33,234 bases of DNA from Streptococcus sp. (GTDB lineage Bacteria; Bacillota; Bacilli; Lactobacillales; Streptococcaceae). Location: contig JAPJPE010000002.1 in assembly GCA_030825825.1 (NCBI GenBank), forward strand, positions 1 to 33,234, given 5' to 3'. A program made the translations under genes and the position numbers. Positions 1 through 9,872 of this stretch are shown in pieces (position 1 is the stretch's first letter; the number at the start of each line of letters is the position of its first letter). Below the pieces are notes generated by a model that saw only the letters and a list, made by a program, of their open reading frames with translations, was not told the DNA's origin and searched no databases.

Positions 1-89
1 GACAATTTGCTAAAAATGTACAGACAGCTATTCAAGAAAAAGCTGGGAAATTTAAATCTATCTAGCCAAGAACTTCCATTTAAATATGG

Positions 90-115
90 AATCTGGAGTA
101 ACATCCAGATTTTTT
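90..115 (+). terminator. Rho-independent terminator of the gene upstream of the window
   Basis: AATCTGGA (90-97) / TCCAGATT (104-111) stem followed by a T run. Confidence 0.7.
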
Positions 116-145
116 AATAAATTTAAAAAATTATGTAAAAAAGTG

Positions 146-174
146 TTGACAAAGGAATCAGTCTGCGTTATAAT
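146..174 (+). promoter_or_regulatory. Sigma-A promoter for the clpL leader
   Basis: Consensus TTGACA (146-151), 17-bp spacer, TATAAT (169-174). Confidence 0.85.
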
Positions 175-247
175 AATTTATGTAAACAAAAAGAGGTTGG
201 AAAATCTCAAGAGTTTACAAGATCAATAGTGGAAAGGAGATGGTAAT

Positions 248-304
248 ATGCTATTTCCAGAATTAAGACAACTAATTGATAAAAGGAAAAATAGAAACTA
301 TTAG
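248..304 (+). CDS. Putative 18-aa leader peptide MLFPELRQLIDKRKNRNY upstream of clpL
   Basis: Strong RBS AAAGGAGA (233-240) 7 nt before ATG 248; stop TAG 302-304; lies inside the predicted clpL 5' leader; too short for the ORF track. Confidence 0.45.
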   Translation: MLFPELRQLIDKRKNRNY

Positions 305-329
305 CCTGTAGGGCTATTATTAAATCAAT

Positions 330-406
330 GAATTAAAATTATGTAAACAACCAAACAGCAGCCAATTGGTCTGCTAATTTTCAAGAACGAATTAAAATTA
401 TGTAAA
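330..406 (+). repeat. 18-bp perfect direct repeat GAATTAAAATTATGTAAA (330-347 and 389-406)
   Basis: Read directly; the core TTATGTAAA also occurs at 131-139 and 178-186. Confidence 0.9.
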
Positions 407-421
407 TTAGAGGTAACAACT

Positions 422-2551
422 ATGAACAACAACTTTAACAATATGGATGATCTTTTCAATCAACTAATGGGCAACATGGGTGGTTTTCGTTCTGAAAGCC
501 GTCGCTACATGATTAATGGTCGTGAAGTGACACCGGAAGAATTCGCCATCTACCGCCAAACTGGTCAACTTCCAAATGAAGGAAGTGAGCAAGCGCAACA
601 CCATCAAGGTAAAGGAATGAAACAAGATGGGATCCTTGCAAAACTTGGTCGCAACTTGACCGAAGAAGCACGTGAAGGAAAATTGGATCCGGTTATCGGA
701 CGCAATAAAGAAATTCAAGAAACGGCTGAAATCTTGTCTCGTCGTACTAAGAACAACCCTGTCCTTGTAGGGGATGCCGGTGTTGGTAAAACAGCCGTTG
801 TAGAAGGTTTGGCACAAGCTATTGTGAACGGGGACGTTCCAGCTGCCATCAAGAACAAAGAAGTCATCTCCATTGATATTTCTGGTCTTGAAGCAGGGAC
901 TCAATACCGTGGTAGCTTTGAAGAAAATATTCAAAATCTGATCCAAGAAGTCAAGGCGATGGGAAATGTCATCCTCTTCTTTGATGAAATCCATCAAATC
1001 CTTGGTGCAGGTAGCACAGGTGATGGTCAAGGATCTAAAGGTCTTGCGGATATTATCAAACCGGCTCTTTCACGTGGGGAATTGACAGTCATTGGGGCAA
1101 CCACTCAAGATGAATATCGTAATACCATCTTGAAGAATGCGGCTCTTGCTCGTCGTTTCAACGAAGTGAAGGTTAATGCTCCATCAGCTGAAGATACGTT
1201 CAAGATTCTTCAAGGAATCCGTGATCTTTATGAAAAACACCACAATGTCATCTTGCCAGATGAAGTTTTGAAAGCAGCAGTTGATTATTCGATTCAATAC
1301 ATTCCACAACGTAGCTTACCGGATAAGGCCATTGACTTGGTCGATGTAACAGCTGCACACTTGGCGGCTCAACATCCGGTAACAGATGTTCATGCTGTGG
1401 AACATGAAATTGAAGAAGAAAAAACCAAACAAGAAGAAGCTGCGGCGAAAGAAGATTACGAAGCAGCTTTGAAAGCAAAGGTTCGTATCGAAGAACTTGA
1501 AAAGAAAATTGAAAACCATACAGAAGACCATAAGGTAACTGCAACAATCAACGATGTAGCTGAATCAGTAGAACGGATGACTGGTATACCAGTTTCTCAA
1601 ATGGGTGCAACTGATATCGAACGTTTGAAAGATATGGGTCACCGTTTGCAAACTAAGGTTATTGGTCAAGACAAGGCTGTTGAAGCAGTGGCACGTGCTA
1701 TCCGTCGGAACCGTGCAGGATTTGACGAAGGTAACCGTCCAATCGGAAGCTTCCTCTTTGTAGGTCCGACTGGTGTCGGTAAGACGGAATTGGCTAAACA
1801 ATTGGCTCTTGATATGTTCGGAACCAAAGATGCCATCATCCGTTTGGACATGTCAGAATACAGCGACCGTACAGCCGTTTCTAAATTGATTGGTACAACA
1901 GCTGGTTATGTTGGTTATGATGACAATAGCAATACTTTGACAGAACGTGTTCGTCGTAACCCTTACTCAATCGTCCTTCTTGACGAAATTGAAAAGGCGG
2001 ATCCTCAAGTGATCACCCTTCTCCTCCAAGTTTTGGACGATGGTCGTTTGACAGATGGTCAAGGGAATACGGTCAACTTCAAGAACACTGTAATTATCGC
2101 TACTTCAAACGCTGGCTTTGGTTATGAAGCTAACTTGACAGAAGATGCGGATAAACCAGAACTCATGGATCGTTTGAAACCTTACTTCCGTCCAGAATTC
2201 TTGAACCGTTTCAACGCTGTGATTGAATTCTCACACTTGAGCAAGGAAGACCTTTCTAAGATCGTGGATTTGATGTTGGTAGATGTCAATAAGACCCTTT
2301 CTAAGAAAGAAATCGACTTGGCAGTGAGCGATGCAGCTAAAGAATATATGACTGAAGAAGGTTATGATGAAGTGATGGGTGTTCGTCCACTCCGTCGAGT
2401 AGTTGAACAACAAATCCGTGACAAAGTCACAGACTTCCACTTGGATAACTTGGATGCTAAACACCTAGAAGCTGATATGGAAGATGGTGTACTTGTGATC
2501 AGAGAAAAAGACACAAAGAAGGAAGAAAACACTGATAAACAAGCAGAATAA
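422..2551 (+). CDS. clpL: ClpL Hsp100/Clp AAA+ chaperone (stand-alone disaggregase)
   Basis: Characteristic N-terminus [32 protein letters not shown]; two Walker A motifs ([16 protein letters not shown]); RLDMSEY; RBS AGAGGT. Confidence 0.95.
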   Translation: MNNNFNNMDDLFNQLMGNMGGFRSESRRYMINGREVTPEEFAIYRQTGQLPNEGSEQAQHHQGKGMKQDGILAKLGRNLTEEAREGKLDPVIGRNKEIQETAEILSRRTKNNPVLVGDAGVGKTAVVEGLAQAIVNGDVPAAIKNKEVISIDISGLEAGTQYRGSFEENIQNLIQEVKAMGNVILFFDEIHQILGAGSTGDGQGSKGLADIIKPALSRGELTVIGATTQDEYRNTILKNAALARRFNEVKVNAPSAEDTFKILQGIRDLYEKHHNVILPDEVLKAAVDYSIQYIPQRSLPDKAIDLVDVTAAHLAAQHPVTDVHAVEHEIEEEKTKQEEAAAKEDYEAALKAKVRIEELEKKIENHTEDHKVTATINDVAESVERMTGIPVSQMGATDIERLKDMGHRLQTKVIGQDKAVEAVARAIRRNRAGFDEGNRPIGSFLFVGPTGVGKTELAKQLALDMFGTKDAIIRLDMSEYSDRTAVSKLIGTTAGYVGYDDNSNTLTERVRRNPYSIVLLDEIEKADPQVITLLLQVLDDGRLTDGQGNTVNFKNTVIIATSNAGFGYEANLTEDADKPELMDRLKPYFRPEFLNRFNAVIEFSHLSKEDLSKIVDLMLVDVNKTLSKKEIDLAVSDAAKEYMTEEGYDEVMGVRPLRRVVEQQIRDKVTDFHLDNLDAKHLEADMEDGVLVIREKDTKKEENTDKQAE

Positions 2552-2574
2552 GGCGAATTAGTTTGTGAAAATAG

Positions 2575-2606
2575 AGGCTGCTATATGATAGCAGCCTTTA
2601 TTTTTT
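2575..2606 (+). terminator. clpL terminator
   Basis: AGGCTGCTAT-atg-ATAGCAGCCT perfect 10-bp stem followed by TTATTTTTT. Confidence 0.9.
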
Positions 2607-2775
2607 CTTCCCACCTGGGGGAAATTATTCGCTGTATAAGGCCAAAATCCTCCTATTTGGGCCAAAAAAACATCAATAATTAGTGAAATTAACCCAATTT
2701 GAGCAAATTTATTAATAAATAAAGAAAATAAGTATATAATCTATACAAGAATAAAATTTGAGGAATGGAAGTAAG

Positions 2776-3021
2776 ATGAGCAATACAATTGATATCTACT
2801 CAACTCCCGAATACAGAAAAGTAGAAGCCGTTGTTCAACTGATGGTTGATGGTCGCTTGACGAGCTATCGTGTCGCAACTGAAACAAACATCAGCAAAAT
2901 GAGCTTGGCGACTTTGACTAAGGGAACGAGTAAAATCAAAAATATTACCTATCAAACGGCTTTGGCCTTGATTGATTGGTATGATGAGAATCACGAAAAG
3001 TATGGCATTACGATTGACTAG
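2776..3021 (+). CDS. Small XRE/Cro-like helix-turn-helix protein (about 81 aa)
   Basis: LTSYRVATETNISKMSLATLTKG..KIKNITYQTALAL resembles an XRE HTH; ATG 2776 preferred over TTG 2758; TATAAT at 2735-2740. Confidence 0.65.
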   Translation: MSNTIDIYSTPEYRKVEAVVQLMVDGRLTSYRVATETNISKMSLATLTKGTSKIKNITYQTALALIDWYDENHEKYGITID

Positions 3022-3105
3022 TCAGTAGCCCACTTTTCGTGGTTTTTTCTTTTGCATCAAAATCTGATACTGGAGTCTGATTTTGCTTGAAGAGGATGGG
3101 AAAAC

Positions 3106-3134
3106 TTGAAAAGACGGGCGAAATTTGATATAGT
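3106..3134 (+). promoter_or_regulatory. yajC promoter
   Basis: TTGAAA (3106-3111), 17 bp, TG-n-TATAGT (3129-3134). Confidence 0.7.
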
Positions 3135-3165
3135 ATAGCATATATGAAAATTAAAGGAGAAACAT

Positions 3166-3492
3166 ATGCAAGGCGGAAGTTTGCTAATTATGCTTGTTCT
3201 GATGGTCGGTTTGATGTACTTCATGAGCCGTAGCCAAAAGAAACAGTACCAAAAACGGATGGAAAGTTTGAATAAACTTCAAAAAGGAAATGAAGTCATC
3301 ACGATTGGTGGCTTGTACGGAACCATCGATGAAGTCGATACAGATCGCAAGACCGTTGTCTTGGATGTTGATGGTGTCTACCTGACCTTTGAATTGGGAG
3401 CGATCAAAACAGTTCTTCCTGTATCAGAAGGAATCTCAGCTACTGCTACAGAAGGTGCTAGCTCAGATGCCGATTCAGCCATCGAAGAATAA
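3166..3492 (+). CDS. yajC: Preprotein translocase subunit YajC
   Basis: N-terminal TM helix and LQKGNEVITIGGLYGTI motif; RBS AAAGGAG; adjacent to uppS. Confidence 0.93.
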   Translation: MQGGSLLIMLVLMVGLMYFMSRSQKKQYQKRMESLNKLQKGNEVITIGGLYGTIDEVDTDRKTVVLDVDGVYLTFELGAIKTVLPVSEGISATATEGASSDADSAIEE

Positions 3493-3501
3493 TCATCAAA
3501 G

Positions 3502-3523
3502 AAGAGGCAAAGGCCTCTTTTTT
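3502..3523 (+). terminator. yajC terminator
   Basis: AAGAGGC-aaag-GCCTCTT stem followed by TTTT. Confidence 0.7.
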
Positions 3524-3603
3524 GGTGGGCAAATAGGACGATGTGATGAAGGAAAGCCTTGCTGGTTCAAAAAAGAGGCCAGAGTCCCTATTTTATGGGG
3601 ATT

Positions 3604-3614
3604 TATGGTATAAT
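3604..3614 (+). promoter_or_regulatory. Extended -10 promoter for uppS-cdsA-rseP-proS
   Basis: TATG-G-TATAAT about 30 nt upstream of the uppS ATG. Confidence 0.7.
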
Positions 3615-3646
3615 GAAGCGATAAATATTGAAATAGGTAGAAAAAC

Positions 3647-4396
3647 ATGTTTCGTTTTAAGAAAAAAGAAAAAATCGAGATACCTTTAGAAGTCCCGAAA
3701 CACATTGGAATCATTATGGATGGCAATGGTCGCTGGGCGAAAAAGCGGATGCAACCGCGCGTCTTCGGTCATAAGGCGGGGATGGAAGCTCTCCAAGAAG
3801 TGACGATTGCAGCAAAAAATATGGGGGTTCAGGTCTTGACTGTCTATGCCTTTTCTACGGAAAACTGGACACGCCCTGAAGATGAAGTCAAGTTCATCAT
3901 GCACTTGCCGGTCGAGTTTTATGATCGTTTCGTCCCCGAATTGCATCGCAACAATGTCAAGATTCAAATGATCGGTGATACCAAGAAATTACCAAAAGAA
4001 ACGCTGGAAGCTTTGGAAAGAGCAGAAGCGATGACCCATCTCAATACAGGCTTGATCCTGAATTTCGCACTCAATTATGGTGGACGTGCTGAGATCACTC
4101 AGGCTGTGAAGCAGATCGCCCAAGAAGTCTTGGATGCGAAGTTCAGCCCAGAAGATATCACAGAAGAGATGATCGCAGATTCTCTCTATACTGAGAGTTT
4201 GCCACGTGTCCTAAGGGACCCGGATTTGATTATTCGTACCAGCGGAGAGATCCGTTTGAGTAATTTCCTTCCTTGGCAGGCTGCTTATAGTGAGTTGTAT
4301 TTCACAGATGTGATGTGGCCAGATTTTGGAGAGGAAGCACTACGAAGTGCCATAGTAGAATATAGCCATCGCCATCGGAGATTTGGTGGTGTTTAG
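3647..4396 (+). CDS. uppS: Undecaprenyl diphosphate synthase
   Basis: HIGIIMDGNGRWA, YAFSTENW and DLIIRTSGEIRLSNF motifs. Confidence 0.97.
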   Translation: MFRFKKKEKIEIPLEVPKHIGIIMDGNGRWAKKRMQPRVFGHKAGMEALQEVTIAAKNMGVQVLTVYAFSTENWTRPEDEVKFIMHLPVEFYDRFVPELHRNNVKIQMIGDTKKLPKETLEALERAEAMTHLNTGLILNFALNYGGRAEITQAVKQIAQEVLDAKFSPEDITEEMIADSLYTESLPRVLRDPDLIIRTSGEIRLSNFLPWQAAYSELYFTDVMWPDFGEEALRSAIVEYSHRHRRFGGV

Positions 4397-4402
4397 GAGA
4401 AG

Positions 4403-5209
4403 ATGATGACGAAAGATTTACAAAAACGTGTGATTTTTGGAGGAATTGCCCTGCTCTTTTTCATTCCAACAGTAATGGTTGGAGGGGTGTTCTTCCAGAT
4501 TGTGATTGGCTTGATCGCCATGCTAGGGGTTCATGAATTGCTCAAGATGAAGGGGCTTGAGACAGCGACCTTTGAAGGAGCGCTAGCCATGTTAGCGGCC
4601 TTTGTCCTGACTTTGCCGATCGAGGACTACCTCCCTTACCTTCCAGCAGATGGCAATATGATTGCTTATGGTTTGGTTGTCTTGATTCTCATGGGGACAA
4701 CTGTTCTTGCTCAGAATTACAATTATGAAGATGTGGTCTATCCCATTGCGTCTAGCTTTTATGTTGGACTTGGTTTCCATTCCTTAGTAGATGCGCGAAT
4801 TGCTGGTATTGATAAGGTTCTTTTAGCCCTCTTTATTGTTTGGGCTACAGATTCAGGTGCTTATCTAGTAGGAAGTCGGTTTGGGAAACGCAAGCTCATG
4901 CCTGCGGTTTCTCCTAATAAAACGATTGAAGGCAGTCTTGGGGGAATCTTGTCTGCAGTTGCGGTAACTGTGATCTATATGATCGTGGATCGTTCTGTGG
5001 CGGGTGGACATGGTTTTCTTGCGATGATCTTCTTTACCATCCTCTTTAGTATCGCAGGTCAGTTTGGAGATCTGGTAGAGAGTGCGATTAAACGCCACTT
5101 CGGTGTGAAAGATTCTGGGAAATTTATTCCAGGACATGGTGGTGTTCTAGACCGCTTTGATAGTTTGATCTTTGTCTTTCCCTTGATGCATTTCTTGGGC
5201 TTGTTCTAA
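4403..5209 (+). CDS. cdsA: Phosphatidate cytidylyltransferase
   Basis: SPNKTIEG and GDLVESAIKRHFGVKDSG..PGHGGVLDRFD motifs; multiple TM segments. Confidence 0.97.
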   Translation: MMTKDLQKRVIFGGIALLFFIPTVMVGGVFFQIVIGLIAMLGVHELLKMKGLETATFEGALAMLAAFVLTLPIEDYLPYLPADGNMIAYGLVVLILMGTTVLAQNYNYEDVVYPIASSFYVGLGFHSLVDARIAGIDKVLLALFIVWATDSGAYLVGSRFGKRKLMPAVSPNKTIEGSLGGILSAVAVTVIYMIVDRSVAGGHGFLAMIFFTILFSIAGQFGDLVESAIKRHFGVKDSGKFIPGHGGVLDRFDSLIFVFPLMHFLGLF

Positions 5210-5245
5210 GACAGAAGAGATAGAAAGGAAACCACGTATAGAACG

Positions 5246-6505
5246 ATGCAGTTTATTGCCTTTATTGTTATTTTTGGAGTGATCGTTCTCGTTCACGAGT
5301 TTGGTCATTTCTATTTTGCAAAAAAATCGGGCATCCTGGTGCGAGAATTCTCGATTGGGATGGGTCCCAAGATCTTTGCCCATATTGGTCAAGATGGAAC
5401 AGCCTATACGATTCGCATTCTACCTTTAGGTGGCTATGTTCGTATGGCTGGCTGGGGTGAGGATACAACTGAGATTAAAACCGGAACGCCTGTCAGCTTG
5501 ACGCTAAATGAGGCTGGCAAGGTCGTCCGGATCAATCTTTCAGGAAAGAATCTGGATCAGACAGCCCTTCCCATGAATGTTACCCAGTTTGACTTTGAAG
5601 ACAAACTGGAAATTACGGGTTTGGTTCTCGATGAGACCAAGACCTATAGTGTTGATCATGATGCGACCATCGTTGAGGAAGATGGGACGGAAGTGCGGAT
5701 TGCGCCGAGAGATGTTCAGTATCAGAATGCCAGCATTTGGGGACGGTTGATCACCAACTTTGCGGGTCCTATGAACAACTTTATCCTCAGTATTGTCGTT
5801 TACTCACTTCTAGCTTTTATGCGTGGTGGTGCGATTGACTACTACAGCAACAATGTTCAGGTGGCACCCGATGGGGCGCTGGCTAAGGTTGGTGTTAAAA
5901 ACAATGTTCAGATCCTTCAAGTCAATAACGATACCGTTAGCAACTGGGATGAGCTGACAGACGCTGTTGAGAAAGCAACCAAGGACAGCAAGACGGCTCC
6001 TGAATTGACCCTGAAGGTCAAGACAGATGGCCAAGAAAAAGAAGTTAAAGTGAAGCCAACCAAGTCAGGGAACCGTTACTATCTGGGTGTGACAAACGGC
6101 CTCAAGACAGGATTTATGGATAAACTCTTGTCTGGTTTTACAGATACCTGGAATACAGCGACACGGATTTTGGGAGCTTTGAAAGATATCATTTTCCACT
6201 TTAGTCTCAATAAACTGGGTGGTCCAGTTGCCATCTACAATGCCAGCTCACAAGCTGCTCAATTAGGGATTCCGGCAGTCTTGTCTCTTATGGCCATGCT
6301 CTCTATTAATATTGGGATCTTCAATCTAATCCCGATTCCGGCTTTGGATGGAGGGAAAATCTTGATCAATTTGATCGAGGTCGTCCGGAGAAAGCCATTG
6401 AAACAAGAAGTAGAAACCTATATGACGCTTGCAGGTGTAGCTGTAATGGTTATTTTGATGATTGCTGTCACCTGGAATGATATTATGAAATTATTTTTGA
6501 AATAG
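5246..6505 (+). CDS. rseP: RIP metalloprotease RseP/Eep (M50 family, PDZ)
   Basis: HEFGH zinc motif and [11 protein letters not shown]; conserved position between cdsA and proS. Confidence 0.95.
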   Translation: MQFIAFIVIFGVIVLVHEFGHFYFAKKSGILVREFSIGMGPKIFAHIGQDGTAYTIRILPLGGYVRMAGWGEDTTEIKTGTPVSLTLNEAGKVVRINLSGKNLDQTALPMNVTQFDFEDKLEITGLVLDETKTYSVDHDATIVEEDGTEVRIAPRDVQYQNASIWGRLITNFAGPMNNFILSIVVYSLLAFMRGGAIDYYSNNVQVAPDGALAKVGVKNNVQILQVNNDTVSNWDELTDAVEKATKDSKTAPELTLKVKTDGQEKEVKVKPTKSGNRYYLGVTNGLKTGFMDKLLSGFTDTWNTATRILGALKDIIFHFSLNKLGGPVAIYNASSQAAQLGIPAVLSLMAMLSINIGIFNLIPIPALDGGKILINLIEVVRRKPLKQEVETYMTLAGVAVMVILMIAVTWNDIMKLFLK

Positions 6506-8371
<1,866 letters not shown>

Positions 8372-8373
8372 GA

Positions 8374-8426
8374 AAAAAGCTTTCTGAGCCTTAACCAGGT
8401 GTTAAGGAACTCAGAGAGCTCTTTTT
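8374..8426. terminator. Bidirectional terminator between proS and the convergent lipoprotein gene
   Basis: Long imperfect hairpin AGCTTTCTGAG-CCTTAAC..GTTAAGG-AA-CTCAGAGAGCT flanked by A and T runs. Confidence 0.75.
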
Positions 8427-8976
8427 ATTTATCTTCTTTGAGGCCTTGATCTTTGAAATAGGTAAAGAGATCTTGTGGTTTGCCTTTAAGATATTTCAAC
8501 ATGGTAGTGTTGGTTTCTTCCCCTTGATCAGCCAGTAATTTCACAAAATCTTCTTTTTTCATTTGAGTAAAATCAACATGCATAACGTTTGTATAGGTCT
8601 GTTTATCATCATCGATTTTGATGCTTGTGTTGATCCCAGCTTGTCCGTTAACACCGCGTTTGGAATTTGCTTTATCAGCTTCTTCTTGGTAGACTTCCTT
8701 CAATTCAGCGACATCTGATTTTTGCATATCTTCCGGTATTGGTGCAACGCCCATGATGGTCATCGAAACAATCTCATCTTTTTTGTAGCCAATTTGAATT
8801 TTGTTTTGGTAGTGATCACCGAGGTCGCTAACAAAGGTCTTGGTTTGGACTTGCTCCTTTTGGGTTTGAGTGGCCTCTTGCTTGGAAGAAGCGCTAGTAG
8901 TCCCTTTTCCTTGTTGGCCTTGGCTACAAGCAGTAAGGGCAAGTAGACAGACAGCGGTAAGTAGAAATTTTTTCAT
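8425..8976 (-). CDS. Lipoprotein of unknown function (possibly YehR/DUF1307-like), divergent from esxA
   Basis: Signal peptide MKKFLLTAVCLLALTAC with lipobox LTA-C; RBS AAGGAG on the minus strand; the family guess is from loose resemblance only. Confidence 0.8.
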   Translation of the reverse strand: MKKFLLTAVCLLALTACSQGQQGKGTTSASSKQEATQTQKEQVQTKTFVSDLGDHYQNKIQIGYKKDEIVSMTIMGVAPIPEDMQKSDVAELKEVYQEEADKANSKRGVNGQAGINTSIKIDDDKQTYTNVMHVDFTQMKKEDFVKLLADQGEETNTTMLKYLKGKPQDLFTYFKDQGLKEDK

Positions 8977-9037
8977 AAATACTCCTTATAGGTTAATGGT
9001 GTTCGATCTTGTATGAAACAAGTTTTGAACAGGTTTC

Positions 9038-9048
9038 ATTATACCATA
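9038..9048 (-). promoter_or_regulatory. Extended -10 promoter for the divergent lipoprotein gene
   Basis: Reverse complement reads TATG-G-TATAAT. Confidence 0.7.
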
Positions 9049-9221
9049 AAAGTTTTAAAAATGAAAAAATATACAAAAATCTTCAAAATTTGCTTTTAAA
9101 AACACCTAAAATCAACAATTTTTATCTATGTGTTGAGTTAATGTAAAAGGACAGAGTGTCTTCTTTTCTTTCCAGAAATAATACTAGTTGGAGACTACTG
9201 GGGCAAGGAATTCAGAAAATA

Positions 9222-9268
9222 TATTACAGGTTTGTGACAAAATGTTACACAATTGTAACAAAGTTACA
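9222..9268. promoter_or_regulatory. Phased TGTNACA cluster including a WalR/VicR consensus box (TGTTAC-N5-TGTAAC, 9243-9259)
   Basis: TATTACA 9222, TGTGACA 9233, TGTTACA 9243, TGTAACA 9254, AGTTACA 9262; the central pair matches TGT(A/T)A(A/T/C)-N5-TGT(A/T)A(A/T/C) on both strands. Confidence 0.55.
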
Positions 9269-9294
9269 ATGTTTTATCAGTTAGCCCTCTAAAC

Positions 9295-9323
9295 TTGACA
9301 TTCTGGCAATATTTCATTAAGAT
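9295..9323 (+). promoter_or_regulatory. Sigma-A promoter of the T7SS operon
   Basis: TTGACA (9295-9300), 17 bp, TAAGAT (9318-9323). Confidence 0.7.
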
Positions 9324-9453
9324 ATTTTTAAGTAAATAATACAAACAGGGAGAAAAAGGTAAAATATACAGTTATCTGGCATTTTACTAATTCGTACTAA
9401 AATGTATTGTTTATGAAAAAAATATAAGGGTATCAGCCCAAAAGGAGAAAAAT

Positions 9454-9741
9454 ATGGCTCAAATTAAATTAACTCCAGAAGACCTACGTGCTTCAGCACA
9501 ACGTTATGCACAAGGTTCTCAAGAAATCGATCAAATCCTTACTACTTTGACTCATGAACAACAAGTCATCGACGCAAACTGGGATGGATCTGCATTTGAT
9601 AGCTTTGAAGCACAATTCAACGAATTGTCTCCAAAAATCAAACAATTCGCTCAATTGTTGGAAGACATCAACGGTCAATTGATCAAAGTTGCTGATATCG
9701 TTGAACAAACTGACCAAGATATCGCTGCACAAATCCACTAA
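9454..9741 (+). CDS. esxA: WXG100-family T7SS substrate EsxA
   Basis: 95 aa, MAQIKLTPEDLR start, central W-D-G motif; RBS AAGGAG; first gene of the ess cluster. Confidence 0.97.
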   Translation: MAQIKLTPEDLRASAQRYAQGSQEIDQILTTLTHEQQVIDANWDGSAFDSFEAQFNELSPKIKQFAQLLEDINGQLIKVADIVEQTDQDIAAQIH

Positions 9742-9753
9742 GATAGTCTTGGA

Positions 9754-9843
9754 GGTGATCTTACTTCTTGTAGGTAGATCACCCTTTTGTCTTTTGATAT
9801 ATAGAAAATAGGGGTTAGATTCTTAATTCCTAACCCCTATTTT
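9754..9843 (+). terminator. Two tandem hairpins between esxA and esaA
   Basis: GGTGATCT (9754-9761) / AGATCACC (9776-9783) followed by CTTTT; AAAATAGGGGTTAG (9805-9818) / CTAACCCCTATTTT (9830-9843). Confidence 0.75.
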
Positions 9844-9872
9844 GTATCTATGAATTAGAAAAAGGAAAAGGT

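Noticed and set aside
1..65. 3' end of an upstream gene (frame 3 QFAKNVQTAIQEKAGKFKSI-stop, or frame 1 ending at 54)
   Set aside because: Too short to determine the frame or product
330..406. Mini-CRISPR formed by the 18-bp repeats
   Set aside because: Only two short AT-rich copies, no cas genes, and they lie in a gene leader
120..421. CtsR box or CIRCE element upstream of clpL
   Set aside because: No tandem RGTCAAA heptads or CIRCE inverted repeat found by eye
9254..9268. CcpA cre or Rex site upstream of esxA
   Set aside because: The palindrome is 15 bp and lacks the central CG of cre; spacing does not fit the Rex pattern TTGTGA-N6-TCACAA
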